Shown here in pieces: positions 1-9,928 of a DNA stretch of 64,000 nt. The first letter of the stretch is position 1. Every line of letters starts with the position of its first letter. The notes beneath the pieces were generated by a model. It was not told where the DNA came from. It did no database searches and was given only the letters and a program-made list of their open reading frames with translations. The DNA is from a virus. The DNA lies in the IMG/VR virus record IMGVR_UViG_3300028837_000933, positions 32,001-96,000 of that record; one strand, given 5' to 3'. Both the position numbers and the translations under genes were made by a program.

Positions 1-2321
1 TCAATGTCTATGTCGACTAGACCACCGATGGGATAGAAGGGGTTGAACTTGTGTGTGACTCTCGAATCCAACTCATAGACCAGCCAGCAGCCCGTGCTTT
101 GCAGCATCTCACGGATTAGGCTCCCCGCCTGCGTCTTCTGGGTGCGGAGTTCCCCCGTGATTTGCCTGCCAAGCGACTCCATGGTGAACTTGTCTTCATC
201 GAGCCCAAACCGTCGAACCAGGATGTCCTTGATAATGGTGCCGGACATCCCGCCTTCCCACGTGGGGTTATCGGGATCATCCGGGTCTTCAATGTCGCCA
301 GTGGCCCCCCAAACCTTGAACTCGTTGAGTTTTACCCTTCCACCATCGGTCATCTCCCGGCAAAGCACCAGCACCTTACGCACCCGCAGCGGCGTAAAGG
401 TCTTGGACCAACGGAAGGTCTTGTTGTTGTGGACGTTGTTGTGCCTAGCCCAATAGTCGACCCATCCTCCCTGGCCAACGCCATCGTCCCATTTAGGATC
501 ATCGGGCATGACCGGTTGGGTCCAATTGGTGATGTATATCTCAAACCGCCTAATCACGTTAGGCTCGTCAGTGGCGGCGGTCATCACCGCTTTCCGCAAC
601 ATCTCCCACCCATCCACAAGGTGAGTCTTGTACGGCCATTCATTCTCGAACTGCTCAATGATGCTCCCCTCCGGATGCACATCAGCCGGCGTGCCGTGTC
701 GTGCCCGAGTTAGGGTAAGCAACTTATTGTTGATGTCGTCCCGTTCCTCATAGGCTATGATCTCGGAGTCTATCTTCACCTCGCCCGATCTGGTCAAGCC
801 GTACGTGCTAGTCACTACGATTTCATCGACCTCGTCCACTGCGAGTTCTGCGTCAAGTTCGATCCCCATCTCGTCGAGTGTAATGCAGAACCACTCGGGT
901 TCTCCAGTCATTTGATAGCCGGGCGTTGGCGTTGACTCTGGCCAGAACCAATCACTAGCCCTGTTCGGCTGGCTTGTCTTACCACTTGGGCTTTTTCGGA
1001 ACGTGTGGTTCCGAGGCAGCGTATCCTCATCGGTCGGAATCGTGCCACCCGTCCAATTGTTCCCACCGCCATCTCCATCGTAGCCATACGGCGTGATGTT
1101 CCCAAACCAGACCTCATCCACATGGTCGTAGCCCCAATGCCGTAGCGCCAGGAAGTCGGCATCCGGGTCCATCACCCAGGAGCCGATGATGCAAGAACGC
1201 CAATCAATGAATAGGTCAGCGTCACTCGTTCCATAACGCTCCAGGTGGGCGGCGCCATTGGAGCATATTACGCAAAACGAACCTTCATCACTCCCATCGA
1301 TCTTGCCGTTTCCCACGGCCCACTTCAGCCCCAAGAAGTTTTCCTTCGGCAGCCTCTCATTGATCGGGTCCCAGCCGGACCATTTGAACGTGGTACGCTT
1401 GTTCGATAGATTATAGGAGCCCACCTTGGCACTACCACCGTACACAAAGAGTTCAATCCAGATGTTGTCCTTCCAGGGCAACCACCAATACGGTCGCAGG
1501 CTCACTTCGTTGATCACCAGTCCGCAGCCTACTGGCGTCTCGGGCGTAACGTCTGGTGTGCCGGCGCTGATCCACAATGTACCCATATCCTCGTCAACGA
1601 TGTTATCGCCATCAAGGCTCGGTGTGCCAATGAACTCGCCACTGCCTTGCTCCTCGGCTGGATAGTCTAGGTAGCTCGACACTTCGACTGAAGCGTTTGC
1701 TGCTAGGTTGACTCGCCCGTAGCGCATCCCCGGAACGTCCGTATTGGCCACATATTGGTTCAGCCCAACGACCGCACCATTCCAGGTGCGCTTTTCGTCT
1801 GAGTCATCCCGGATGCGACAATTCTTGAGGTAGCCCAACCATGCCACTTCCCACGGCGTCCACTTACCTAGGTCGCCGCCCTCGCCCGGTCGGAACCTCC
1901 ATTTTGCCAAGATCGACCGGTCATTCTCAAACAAGAATGAATCGTACTGTTGCCCCCGCATGTTCGCAGACCACGCCACTATCCCGCCATTTTCGCTTAC
2001 GTTTAGGTCGCAGTCGGTGATTCGGTCTGTTACCTCGATCCACTCGGTGACCTCGGCACCACTGGTATGATTGTTAGAGAAGTTCGACCATTCATCCTGG
2101 CGTGTCAAGCCCTGAAAGAGTGTGGTTGTCTTTGCTGTCCAGAGTACCAGTTCATCGAACTCGGAAGCGCCATCGCCAGCAATGATGATGCTCCCCAGCT
2201 CAAAGCCCGTCGTGGACACCACTGGAATCTCAGTATCAGTCTCGTCCACATCCGCCGATAGAGTGGTCAACGCATTGACAGTGTAATCCTGGCCCGTCCG
2301 AATGGCTTGTAGGTTCACCAT
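1..2321 (-). CDS. Minor tail/baseplate-hub-like protein (partial, runs off the left edge)
   Basis: ATG at 2321 (MVNLQAIRTGQDYTVNALTTL...), and the same frame is open at position 1. Absent from the ORF track because no stop lies in the window. Sits two genes after the tape measure. Confidence 0.6.
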   Translation of the reverse strand, partial: MVNLQAIRTGQDYTVNALTTLSADVDETDTEIPVVSTTGFELGSIIIAGDGASEFDELVLWTAKTTTLFQGLTRQDEWSNFSNNHTSGAEVTEWIEVTDRITDCDLNVSENGGIVAWSANMRGQQYDSFLFENDRSILAKWRFRPGEGGDLGKWTPWEVAWLGYLKNCRIRDDSDEKRTWNGAVVGLNQYVANTDVPGMRYGRVNLAANASVEVSSYLDYPAEEQGSGEFIGTPSLDGDNIVDEDMGTLWISAGTPDVTPETPVGCGLVINEVSLRPYWWLPWKDNIWIELFVYGGSAKVGSYNLSNKRTTFKWSGWDPINERLPKENFLGLKWAVGNGKIDGSDEGSFCVICSNGAAHLERYGTSDADLFIDWRSCIIGSWVMDPDADFLALRHWGYDHVDEVWFGNITPYGYDGDGGGNNWTGGTIPTDEDTLPRNHTFRKSPSGKTSQPNRASDWFWPESTPTPGYQMTGEPEWFCITLDEMGIELDAELAVDEVDEIVVTSTYGLTRSGEVKIDSEIIAYEERDDINNKLLTLTRARHGTPADVHPEGSIIEQFENEWPYKTHLVDGWEMLRKAVMTAATDEPNVIRRFEIYITNWTQPVMPDDPKWDDGVGQGGWVDYWARHNNVHNNKTFRWSKTFTPLRVRKVLVLCREMTDGGRVKLNEFKVWGATGDIEDPDDPDNPTWEGGMSGTIIKDILVRRFGLDEDKFTMESLGRQITGELRTQKTQAGSLIREMLQSTGCWLVYELDSRVTHKFNPFYPIGGLVDIDI

Positions 2322-2447
2322 CGCGTGCTTCGGTCCTACAAAGAATCGGAACTCGAAATCAACCCTCGGGGCAGACAGCCGGGTCAATTCATCATCACGT
2401 CGACTAAAACTGTCCAGCAAGATCAGAAGGGTCATGCGCTGAATCCT

Positions 2448-2828
2448 CTATGTACGAACCAGTCGCGTTATCACGATCTCGAAGTTCACATAGGCGCCAC
2501 CCCAAGTTGTACCCGCATGGTCTGGACGGTGCAAGATACCACTGGTGTAATCCACCCAAGCCGGCCCACCTGGCGTGTGTGGGTCGTAAATCACCAAGTC
2601 GCTCACCACCACTGATAGTTCGCGGCCAACAATATCCAGCCACCACTCGGCAGCCGCTCTGGGCATTGGGCTCCATTTGGTCTCAAACATCTCGTAGCCG
2701 ACCGCACCGCAGGGAGTCCCCTCGCCCGATGAGCCTGTCGCTTCTGGATAGACTAGGCGGGACTTCGGCCCTAGGGGAATCCCGCCAGCTGGCGGCGTTA
2801 GGTTATTTATCTTGAACTGCGATGCCAT
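2448..2828 (-). CDS. Small tail protein (distal-tail-like position)
   Basis: 126 aa, directly after the tape measure, with a GGAG SD; assignment by position only. Confidence 0.55.
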   Translation of the reverse strand: MASQFKINNLTPPAGGIPLGPKSRLVYPEATGSSGEGTPCGAVGYEMFETKWSPMPRAAAEWWLDIVGRELSVVVSDLVIYDPHTPGGPAWVDYTSGILHRPDHAGTTWGGAYVNFEIVITRLVRT

Positions 2829-2833
2829 CTCCT

Positions 2834-5800
2834 CTAGTCCCCTCCCATTCTCTCGGCCAGTTTCTCCATGACTATCATCACGATGAGATCGATTAGATCA
2901 TGCTCCCCGAAGCGCTCCTTTACACCCGTCCAGATAGGAGCGACTAGGCCGCGTCCCACCCGTTTTAGGCCAGCGCCCTTGCTCCTGACGAGGTCCTTTT
3001 CCATCGCTGACGCAAACATTTCGGTCCAGGTATACTCTCCCAGCTTGATCTGTATGTCGTGGGTCATCGTTGAAACCATACTCTCTGCGAGCGGTTCCAA
3101 GGTCTCTCCACCGAATTGGATGGCCGTCATCACTCCCGCGATTTTCTGCGAAAGGGTTTCAGCCACGGTCTCGGGCTCCTGTCCACCAAAAAACATCTGC
3201 TCGAACATCGAGCCGCCCACTGCTGCCGCATCTGTTGATAGCCCCGTTCCTCCCGTGTCTGTCGTCTGCATCTGGGCAGACAAGCCTTCCCAAATCAGGG
3301 CCAGCATGTTCGTACCGATACCCCTGACACTTTCCTGCTTCTCTTCAAGGTCGCCTTGAAGAGTGCTGACGAAGCTCTCGGTCCAGCCCACACCCCCTAT
3401 CACATTCTGGAAGCTCAGAGCACTCGCTTCCAGAAACTCAAGGGCCAAGTCGTCCAAGTCTCCAGGCGCGATTTCCAGCGAGCCAGCAGCATCGATGAAG
3501 GCATCCACGAACCCGGACGCTCCTACATCCACGATCTTCTCCCACAGCGGAGTACCTATGCGCTCGCCCAGCTTTTCAAGATCCGTCTTCTTTTTGTCGA
3601 TACTACCCTGGACCGCGCCCGTGAACATCGGCACCCAATCCACGTCCTCGAGGTCGTCCTTGAACCCCGTGGACACATGGCCGCTCAGTTGACCCGCCAG
3701 CGGGTCCACTGCTTCCTTTTTCACCTGCACGCCACCCAGCGCCTCTTCGATTTTCGGTGCCAGATCCTTCCCGGCCTGTTCTGGTGTAGCCCCTCCAAAG
3801 AATGCGTTCTCGAACTCAGAGGTCAGCCCCAGCGCCTGCATCACGTCCTGGCGCGTGGCGGTGATGCCGCGCTTCTTCAGTTCCTCGATGGCCGTCTTGA
3901 CGAGGTTTTGCTTCCCGATCTTTTCCGCAATCCGCCGCTCAAAGTCTCTGGCAAACGCATCCCAATTGATGTGCTCGGGTAGCATCCCCTGATAGAACTG
4001 ACGGATGCGCTCCTCGCCCCAGGCGTTGATCTCCTTCTGGTCGTTCCGCATCTCCATGTCAGATGGCAGTAGGTGCTTCCACTCGGCGGACCCTTGCATG
4101 GCAGCCCGCAGCTGGCGCACATACTCATCCCACTTGTCTTCGTACGTCCCCATGTCCGTCTTGGCTACATCCTCTGCCGTGACCGATGTGGGCGTTAGGC
4201 CAGCCTCCACTTCGCTTTTGAAGGCGTCCCGGATCTTCTCCTGCATCTTGATGAGCTTGTCATTGTGCTCTTCGGCAAGCCGCTCCCTCTCCCGGACGGC
4301 TTCCTTTTCGCCGCTGATCCAGTCAGACCACCATTGGTCATACTGGGCCTTTCGGAAGTCGATATGACGCTGGTCTTGGCCCTCGACTTCCTGATAGAGA
4401 GTGACCAACCCTTCGAGGTAACGGTTCTGCGCCTCCTCGATCTGGGCGGGGCTCATAATATCGAGCAGTCCGTGGAATTGCGCCAGCCCACCACGGGCAG
4501 CCTCCCCCGCCTGAGTCGCCACCTCGCGAGAACTCGGTATGAACTCCGTCACCATCTTGATGGCTTGCTCGATCTCGGACAGATCCCACTCGCCCAAGAC
4601 CAGCCGTACTGTGCCGACTTCCCGCCCGAATATCCTGAGCTGCTCTATGTTTATGCCGAGAGCTTCGGCCAATGAAAGAAGCGCTTTCTCCTTCTCCCAC
4701 ATCTCGGCTTTGACACCCGCGATTTGGATGCGTTGTTCTCTGAGGCGCCTTGCCTGTTCTTCCAGTAGGTAGTTCTCGTACTCCATGGGGTAGGGGTCTC
4801 GCGCTGGACCCCAATCGACAGCCATCCGGGCTTGGAAAGCCTGTTCCCTTATCGCTCGCCTTGCCTCGTTCTGGGCATAGGCTGCATCGGCTCGCGCCTG
4901 CCGGATGTCGCCACGGGTCTCCTCAGCCGCTTTTTGAGACGCAATCTGTAGTTCTTGGAGCCGATTTTCCAAGGCATCGATCTGCGCTTGGACTTCCACC
5001 CAATCGGATTCGATCAGCTTGGTCGAGATCAGCCACTCACCAGCGCCCTTGCCGGTAAACGCCTTGTACTCGTCTGGCACGTCCTCAAACTCGAGCCCCG
5101 AAGTGTCGCCTTCCCAAATCTTGCGAACAGCGACTACGCCCTTCTCAGCATACGCTTCGAGCGCGAGACGCTCCTCCTTGGCCTTCTCAAGAAGGACCTC
5201 GGCCTCAGTGCGCTCCATCTCGGACGCTTCCTGCTCGGCCTCCAGGACAGCGGCCCACTTCTCTTCCTTGACACTGAATAGGTCGTACAAGTCCTTCTCG
5301 GTCGCCAGCGATGAAATAACGTTCCCGACAATCAAAGCCGTCATTACGGCAATGCCGCCTGCCACCACTGCCCCACCAGCACCGCCACCCTTAGCCGGTC
5401 CTTTGGTGAAGAAGCTCGTGCCACCCATCTTGGTCGCGGCCGCATCCATGCCTTTTGCAGCCAGCAAGTTCTTGTCGGCGGCGATTACCATCGCCCTGGC
5501 GGCCTTCCACATGAGGATGTCAGCCGCCATGGCCACCACTTTACCCAGTGCCGTGACCGTTGCACCGATGGCCAAGATGGCGCCGGCCCCTACCGCCGCG
5601 CCACGCACAAGCTCGGGATGCCGCTCCAGAAGGGCGATCAGTGTTCCGAACTTCTCCACGTATTCACTGATGGCTGGTACGATTACGGTGGCAAGTGACT
5701 TCCCAACCGTATCCACGAACGCTGCCCAGCGTGCCTTTGCCATGTCGGCCTGGCCCGTGAGGCTCTCCGTGTACGCCGTCCACTGCTGGTTCATGGTCTC

Positions 5801-7996
5801 CATGGCAGACTGGGTGTGCATGGCATACCCGGTTTGGGCCTCCCTCATGGACACGTAAGTTCTGGTTCCAGCGTCCTCGAGGCCCTCCAGCAAGTTTATC
5901 TCGGCATCAATGGCATCGATGCCCCGCTCGCGAGCCTGCAACTGCATGTCCATGAGCGGGAGCAGCACACGCAGGGCGTTCTGCGTGGTGATGGTGGCCA
6001 GGAACTCTGTGCGCTGCGCTTCCTCCATCTCGCCCGTAGCCTCGGCCAGCACGCGCACGGCGCCAGCTATACCGATGAACTTACCCTCAGCATCGATGAA
6101 GGCGCCTTCCCCCACAACCGCATCGAGTGCCGCCCTTGCTTTGTCCGATGGCGCGATGAGGTTCTCCAGCACGCGGGCCAAGCCACGTCCAGCCCTGCTG
6201 CCACGCTGGCCATACGCCGCCAGGATATTGAGCACCGCGGCCGTTTCCTCGAACGAGACATTCGCCATGTCAGCGAATCCACCGACCATAGAGAATGCCT
6301 GTCCCAAGTCGTCCACTTCCGCCTTGGACCTTGCGGCAACGGTGATGAGCTTCGCCACGACATCGGTCGTTTCGCTGGTGTGTTTGCCGTACATGGAGAG
6401 GATGTCGGTGGTGATCTCGACAGCTTGAGACTGGTCGATGAAGCCGAGCTTGGTCAGCTGCTGAATGGCCTGGCTGTCCACCAGAATCTGATTTAGGTCG
6501 TCCTGGCTCTTTACCTGCGCACCCGTGGCCGTGGCCCATTTGAACAGCAGATCCGCCTGCTCTTCTGGCTTGAGGGCACTCACACTGCCGGCCATTTGCC
6601 GCAGCGCGTAGTCCAGCGCCTCGGTCTGCTCTCTATTGGCCTCTAGGTTCCGGGCGGCCCTTTCGAGCGGACGATTCAGATCCATGTACTCTTTGGCGGT
6701 CGCGCCTAGCCCTCCCAGTGCGGCACCACCGGCCATCATCATCCCGCGCCCGTAGCCCGCCATTTGATAGCCAAAGCCACGCATACCCCACGCGCGTCGC
6801 TGTGCCGCCTGGATGCCTGCTGAGTACTTTTCAATGCCGCCCATCTTCGCCCACTTCTCGGGCGCAACGGTCAATTGCTCGAAAATCTTCTTCTGCTCTT
6901 TGGCGAGCTTCTTCGCCCTTGTCTGCTCATCTTCGACTAGGTCGAACTGCTTTTGCATCGCCTTGTGATGCCGTGCGATTGCACCCGCGATTGACTTGGG
7001 ATCTCTGGCATCGGGTAGATCCTCGATCGTCACTAGGCCCTTGATCTTGGATTTGTCAACATGAACATCCATGGCGCGGGTGAACCGGATGTTTTGTTCG
7101 GTCGCTTTCTTGAAGATGACGCCCCGCTTCTCGAAATACTGCTTGAGCTGGTCGAGGCTGGCCATCCGCCCGCCAAGCGGCTCACCCTGCTCGCCTCGTG
7201 CGCCAGCTGGAAACCTCATCGTGCGGAAGGCTTTCACCATCTCTTCGCTGAGATGCTTGGCCTCCATGATCATGGGATCAAAGGCGCCTTCCTCGGCCGT
7301 TTTCATCGTGTCGATCCAGTGGATAACACCCTCGACCATGGCGGGAATGTAGGAGCCACCGACTACCTGCGTATGCGCTTGGAGTGCGCTCTCGATCAGC
7401 GGTGCGAACGCATCAGCCAACCCAGCCTGCATCGCCTCGGTGGAGGTCTGGATCTGCGCGACCGTTGATGCGTAGGTAGAGGCAACTGACGTTACATCGC
7501 CAATCCAGTCCTGGAGCGTCATGCTCAGCGATTCCCAGCGAGCAATCTGGGACGTTAGCCTCCGCGACTGTGAAGTGGTTTCCGTTCCCAGTTTCCTTGC
7601 ACCGGCCGCCGCTGCCTCGAAAGAGGACTTCAGAGCCCCGGAGTGCCCAGCTAGTTCACTTGACGACTTGCTTGCCATCTTGGCGGCCTCAGCGTACGCC
7701 ACCAGGGGGGCCTGAATGTTAGCACCAGATCCTAGACCTTTGAACGCGCCCGAGAGCGATGTCTGAATCTGTGAAGCGGCGGCCTGCACGCCTGTTGCGA
7801 GTGCAGGCCCGACTTCAGCAGCCCTTGCCTCCAACTGCTCGAACACCTGATAGATATTCTCTGGCATCTGGAGTTCAGGCAGCTTGATCGACTGCGCCTC
7901 TATGACAGCGGTAACGGCAGACGCCCATTTCTGGGCCTCTGCCTGGGCGCTCGAGTGGTCAATTGTCAGAACGAATGCGTGTTTTGCAGCCGGCAT
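2834..7996 (-). CDS. Tail tape measure protein
   Basis: 1720 aa, Ala/Glu-rich and helical, with a TP901-type core (DLGQAFSMVGGFADMANVSFEETAAVLNILAAYGQRGSRAG); lies downstream of the tail chaperones. Confidence 0.9.
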   Translation of the reverse strand: MPAAKHAFVLTIDHSSAQAEAQKWASAVTAVIEAQSIKLPELQMPENIYQVFEQLEARAAEVGPALATGVQAAASQIQTSLSGAFKGLGSGANIQAPLVAYAEAAKMASKSSSELAGHSGALKSSFEAAAAGARKLGTETTSQSRRLTSQIARWESLSMTLQDWIGDVTSVASTYASTVAQIQTSTEAMQAGLADAFAPLIESALQAHTQVVGGSYIPAMVEGVIHWIDTMKTAEEGAFDPMIMEAKHLSEEMVKAFRTMRFPAGARGEQGEPLGGRMASLDQLKQYFEKRGVIFKKATEQNIRFTRAMDVHVDKSKIKGLVTIEDLPDARDPKSIAGAIARHHKAMQKQFDLVEDEQTRAKKLAKEQKKIFEQLTVAPEKWAKMGGIEKYSAGIQAAQRRAWGMRGFGYQMAGYGRGMMMAGGAALGGLGATAKEYMDLNRPLERAARNLEANREQTEALDYALRQMAGSVSALKPEEQADLLFKWATATGAQVKSQDDLNQILVDSQAIQQLTKLGFIDQSQAVEITTDILSMYGKHTSETTDVVAKLITVAARSKAEVDDLGQAFSMVGGFADMANVSFEETAAVLNILAAYGQRGSRAGRGLARVLENLIAPSDKARAALDAVVGEGAFIDAEGKFIGIAGAVRVLAEATGEMEEAQRTEFLATITTQNALRVLLPLMDMQLQARERGIDAIDAEINLLEGLEDAGTRTYVSMREAQTGYAMHTQSAMETMNQQWTAYTESLTGQADMAKARWAAFVDTVGKSLATVIVPAISEYVEKFGTLIALLERHPELVRGAAVGAGAILAIGATVTALGKVVAMAADILMWKAARAMVIAADKNLLAAKGMDAAATKMGGTSFFTKGPAKGGGAGGAVVAGGIAVMTALIVGNVISSLATEKDLYDLFSVKEEKWAAVLEAEQEASEMERTEAEVLLEKAKEERLALEAYAEKGVVAVRKIWEGDTSGLEFEDVPDEYKAFTGKGAGEWLISTKLIESDWVEVQAQIDALENRLQELQIASQKAAEETRGDIRQARADAAYAQNEARRAIREQAFQARMAVDWGPARDPYPMEYENYLLEEQARRLREQRIQIAGVKAEMWEKEKALLSLAEALGINIEQLRIFGREVGTVRLVLGEWDLSEIEQAIKMVTEFIPSSREVATQAGEAARGGLAQFHGLLDIMSPAQIEEAQNRYLEGLVTLYQEVEGQDQRHIDFRKAQYDQWWSDWISGEKEAVRERERLAEEHNDKLIKMQEKIRDAFKSEVEAGLTPTSVTAEDVAKTDMGTYEDKWDEYVRQLRAAMQGSAEWKHLLPSDMEMRNDQKEINAWGEERIRQFYQGMLPEHINWDAFARDFERRIAEKIGKQNLVKTAIEELKKRGITATRQDVMQALGLTSEFENAFFGGATPEQAGKDLAPKIEEALGGVQVKKEAVDPLAGQLSGHVSTGFKDDLEDVDWVPMFTGAVQGSIDKKKTDLEKLGERIGTPLWEKIVDVGASGFVDAFIDAAGSLEIAPGDLDDLALEFLEASALSFQNVIGGVGWTESFVSTLQGDLEEKQESVRGIGTNMLALIWEGLSAQMQTTDTGGTGLSTDAAAVGGSMFEQMFFGGQEPETVAETLSQKIAGVMTAIQFGGETLEPLAESMVSTMTHDIQIKLGEYTWTEMFASAMEKDLVRSKGAGLKRVGRGLVAPIWTGVKERFGEHDLIDLIVMIVMEKLAERMGGD

Positions 7997-8130
7997 TAGC
8001 CTATCTCCATAACGTTACCTTCGGAACGGCAAGGATTCAGCAGCAAGAAACCGCAAAGGAGAACACAATGCTGAGGGAGCCAAGTCGACCAACATACATC
8101 GGTACTCCTTTGCGGCCTCCTGATGCTGAA

Positions 8131-8628
8131 TCAATCCAGCTTGGCGGCAGCTCTCTCCAACGCTTCAACGATCGCATGATCGATCTGCGCAATGTCTTCG
8201 TCAGCCAACAAGTGCATGGGTCGAGGCGGCAGGCGGAGCAAAGTGCTCCCGGTTGTCAGCAAGTCCACATGCGGATGCTCGCTTCCCACCACCAGGATCG
8301 TGAACCCCGCAAACGTGCCCCAGTCCTCGACATGGTCAGAATGCCCTGGATCGGTCCAGGAGTACATCAGATTGCGCGTTCGCTGCAAGATCGGATGCTC
8401 GCCCGGAAAGCCGGCATCGCGCCTCTCCCGAATCGTTCGCGCTGCCAGTTCTGGCCAGCGCATCGGCGCCGGCCCTTCGCTCTCGAACGTGCGGGAGAAG
8501 CCGAACCTAATCCGGTCGGCAATCTGTTTCTTCTCGTCTGCGCCCAGTCTGTTCGGCACATCCGCATACTCGCGGGCGGCCTCCATCAAGGCCACCTTGT
8601 CGATCGCCAGCGTGCGAACTATGGGCAT
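8131..8628 (-). CDS. Mu gpG-like virion morphogenesis/tail completion protein
   Basis: Motif pattern FESEG..WPELAARTIRERR..ILQRTRNL..LPPRP is typical of this family. Confidence 0.65.
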   Translation of the reverse strand: MPIVRTLAIDKVALMEAAREYADVPNRLGADEKKQIADRIRFGFSRTFESEGPAPMRWPELAARTIRERRDAGFPGEHPILQRTRNLMYSWTDPGHSDHVEDWGTFAGFTILVVGSEHPHVDLLTTGSTLLRLPPRPMHLLADEDIAQIDHAIVEALERAAAKLD

Positions 8629-8629
8629 C

Positions 8630-8803
8630 TCATTTCTCCCAGGAGAACGTGTACCTCGGCTCCACGTTGGCCTCGCGGCCCACCAGCTGCACGGCGCCGC
8701 AGCACACCTCTAAAGGACCATCGCTCGTTTGTAGCATTACAACCTTGGGAATCGTCTCCACTTCATCATCCACTTTCCTGCTTTCATCCAAGTTTGGCGT
8801 CAT
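8630..8803 (-). CDS. Small hypothetical protein (57 aa)
   Basis: ATG overlaps the upstream stop (ATGA) and the ORF fills the gap exactly; translated by hand (MTPNLDESRKV...FSWEK). Confidence 0.45.
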   Translation of the reverse strand: MTPNLDESRKVDDEVETIPKVVMLQTSDGPLEVCCGAVQLVGREANVEPRYTFSWEK

Positions 8804-9189
8804 TGGTTCTCTTTCTTGGCCGCTAGTTCGGCCTGAATCCTTGCCACGCGATCCCTGGCCTTCTCGACAGCCTGCACCTCGCGCTCGAGATGGCGCTTGC
8901 GCTGGTCTATGATGGCTATGTCATGCAACCACCACGCAGCTTGGTCCAGCAGCGCACCACCCCAAGGGAGATGGCGCCAATCCAGGATCTCGCAAAGTCG
9001 ATAGAGTTCTAGGCTGACATCGGGACGAACCATTTTGAGCCGTGTCGTAAGCCAGTCTGACTCATCCTCTTCGTCCTCGCGGTCATATTCTTCGTCAGCG
9101 TCCGTTTGTTCCGACCGCAGCCAGGCTTCCAAGTAGGGATCGATTCGCCCCCACTGTTCCCGAAGCCTGGCGGGACTTAGTTTTTTGGG
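8800..9189 (-). CDS. Tail assembly chaperone, -1 frameshift extension (gpGT-like)
   Basis: The -1 frame relative to 9177..9896 is open through the slippery site; the C-terminus contains LPWGGALLDQ, typical of T-extensions. Confidence 0.75.
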   Translation of the reverse strand, partial: PKKLSPARLREQWGRIDPYLEAWLRSEQTDADEEYDREDEEDESDWLTTRLKMVRPDVSLELYRLCEILDWRHLPWGGALLDQAAWWLHDIAIIDQRKRHLEREVQAVEKARDRVARIQAELAAKKENQ

Positions 9190-9896
9190 CCGTCCGCCGT
9201 CTCCACCACCACATCGGATGCCAGCCAGTCTGGCGTCCAATCGGGATTGCAGGCGTACGACTGAGAGAGAACAGGCTCTACGATGTAGTTCGGCACGTTG
9301 ACCCAGTCCTGAATCCTTTGCGGCCACTCGAAGTTTTCCACCAGTGGTTCGCCCTCATCATCGCGAGCGACCGCCCCTATGATCGTAGCGGCGGCAGACA
9401 TCGTTGCCCAGGCTTCCGCCTGCGGACTGGTCAGGGCTGCCTTGAGATCGGCATTGAGCGGCAACTCCGGATCATCTGGATCGAGCCCCGCGTTTTCGAG
9501 ACGCTTCCGCCTCGCCCAACGCTGGGCATCAGCCGCGGCCTGAACCTGTCTCATGCGCCCGGCGAACGTTGCGACCTGCACGGTCAGTACGATTCGGCGC
9601 TCCTTCGCCCGTTTCTTTTGCAGTCTCTCGATGCGCCGCAGTTCTTTTTGGGCGTCCTTCAGCCGCTCCTGCGCCTTTTCTATTTTCGCATCGAGTTTCG
9701 GATCGTCCTCCGGTTCCTTCGGTTCGGTCGGTGGTGCATCCCGCTCAGCGATCAGGGCATCGAGCTGCTCCTGACGTTCATCCACCAGAAGCCGCTTTTC
9801 CCTACGGTCCTGGAGTAGTTCCGTCTCCCGGAGCAGCTCGTCCCCGATCAACGGTCGAGATACCTCGACCCGTACGGTCTGAATCAAGTCTTTCAT
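9177..9896 (-). CDS. Tail assembly chaperone (gpG-like)
   Basis: Lies between the major tail gene and the tape measure; ends GGC CCA AAA AAC TAA. Confidence 0.75.
   Translation of the reverse strand: MKDLIQTVRVEVSRPLIGDELLRETELLQDRREKRLLVDERQEQLDALIAERDAPPTEPKEPEDDPKLDAKIEKAQERLKDAQKELRRIERLQKKRAKERRIVLTVQVATFAGRMRQVQAAADAQRWARRKRLENAGLDPDDPELPLNADLKAALTSPQAEAWATMSAAATIIGAVARDDEGEPLVENFEWPQRIQDWVNVPNYIVEPVLSQSYACNPDWTPDWLASDVVVETADGPKN
9180..9189 (-). other. Programmed -1 ribosomal frameshift site CCCAAAAAAC
   Basis: XXXYYYZ heptamers (C CCA AAA / A AAA AAC) immediately before the stop, with the -1 frame open for about 125 codons. Confidence 0.75.
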
Positions 9897-9928
9897 GGCT
9901 CCCTCTCTTTAGTTGTAGGACTTCATCA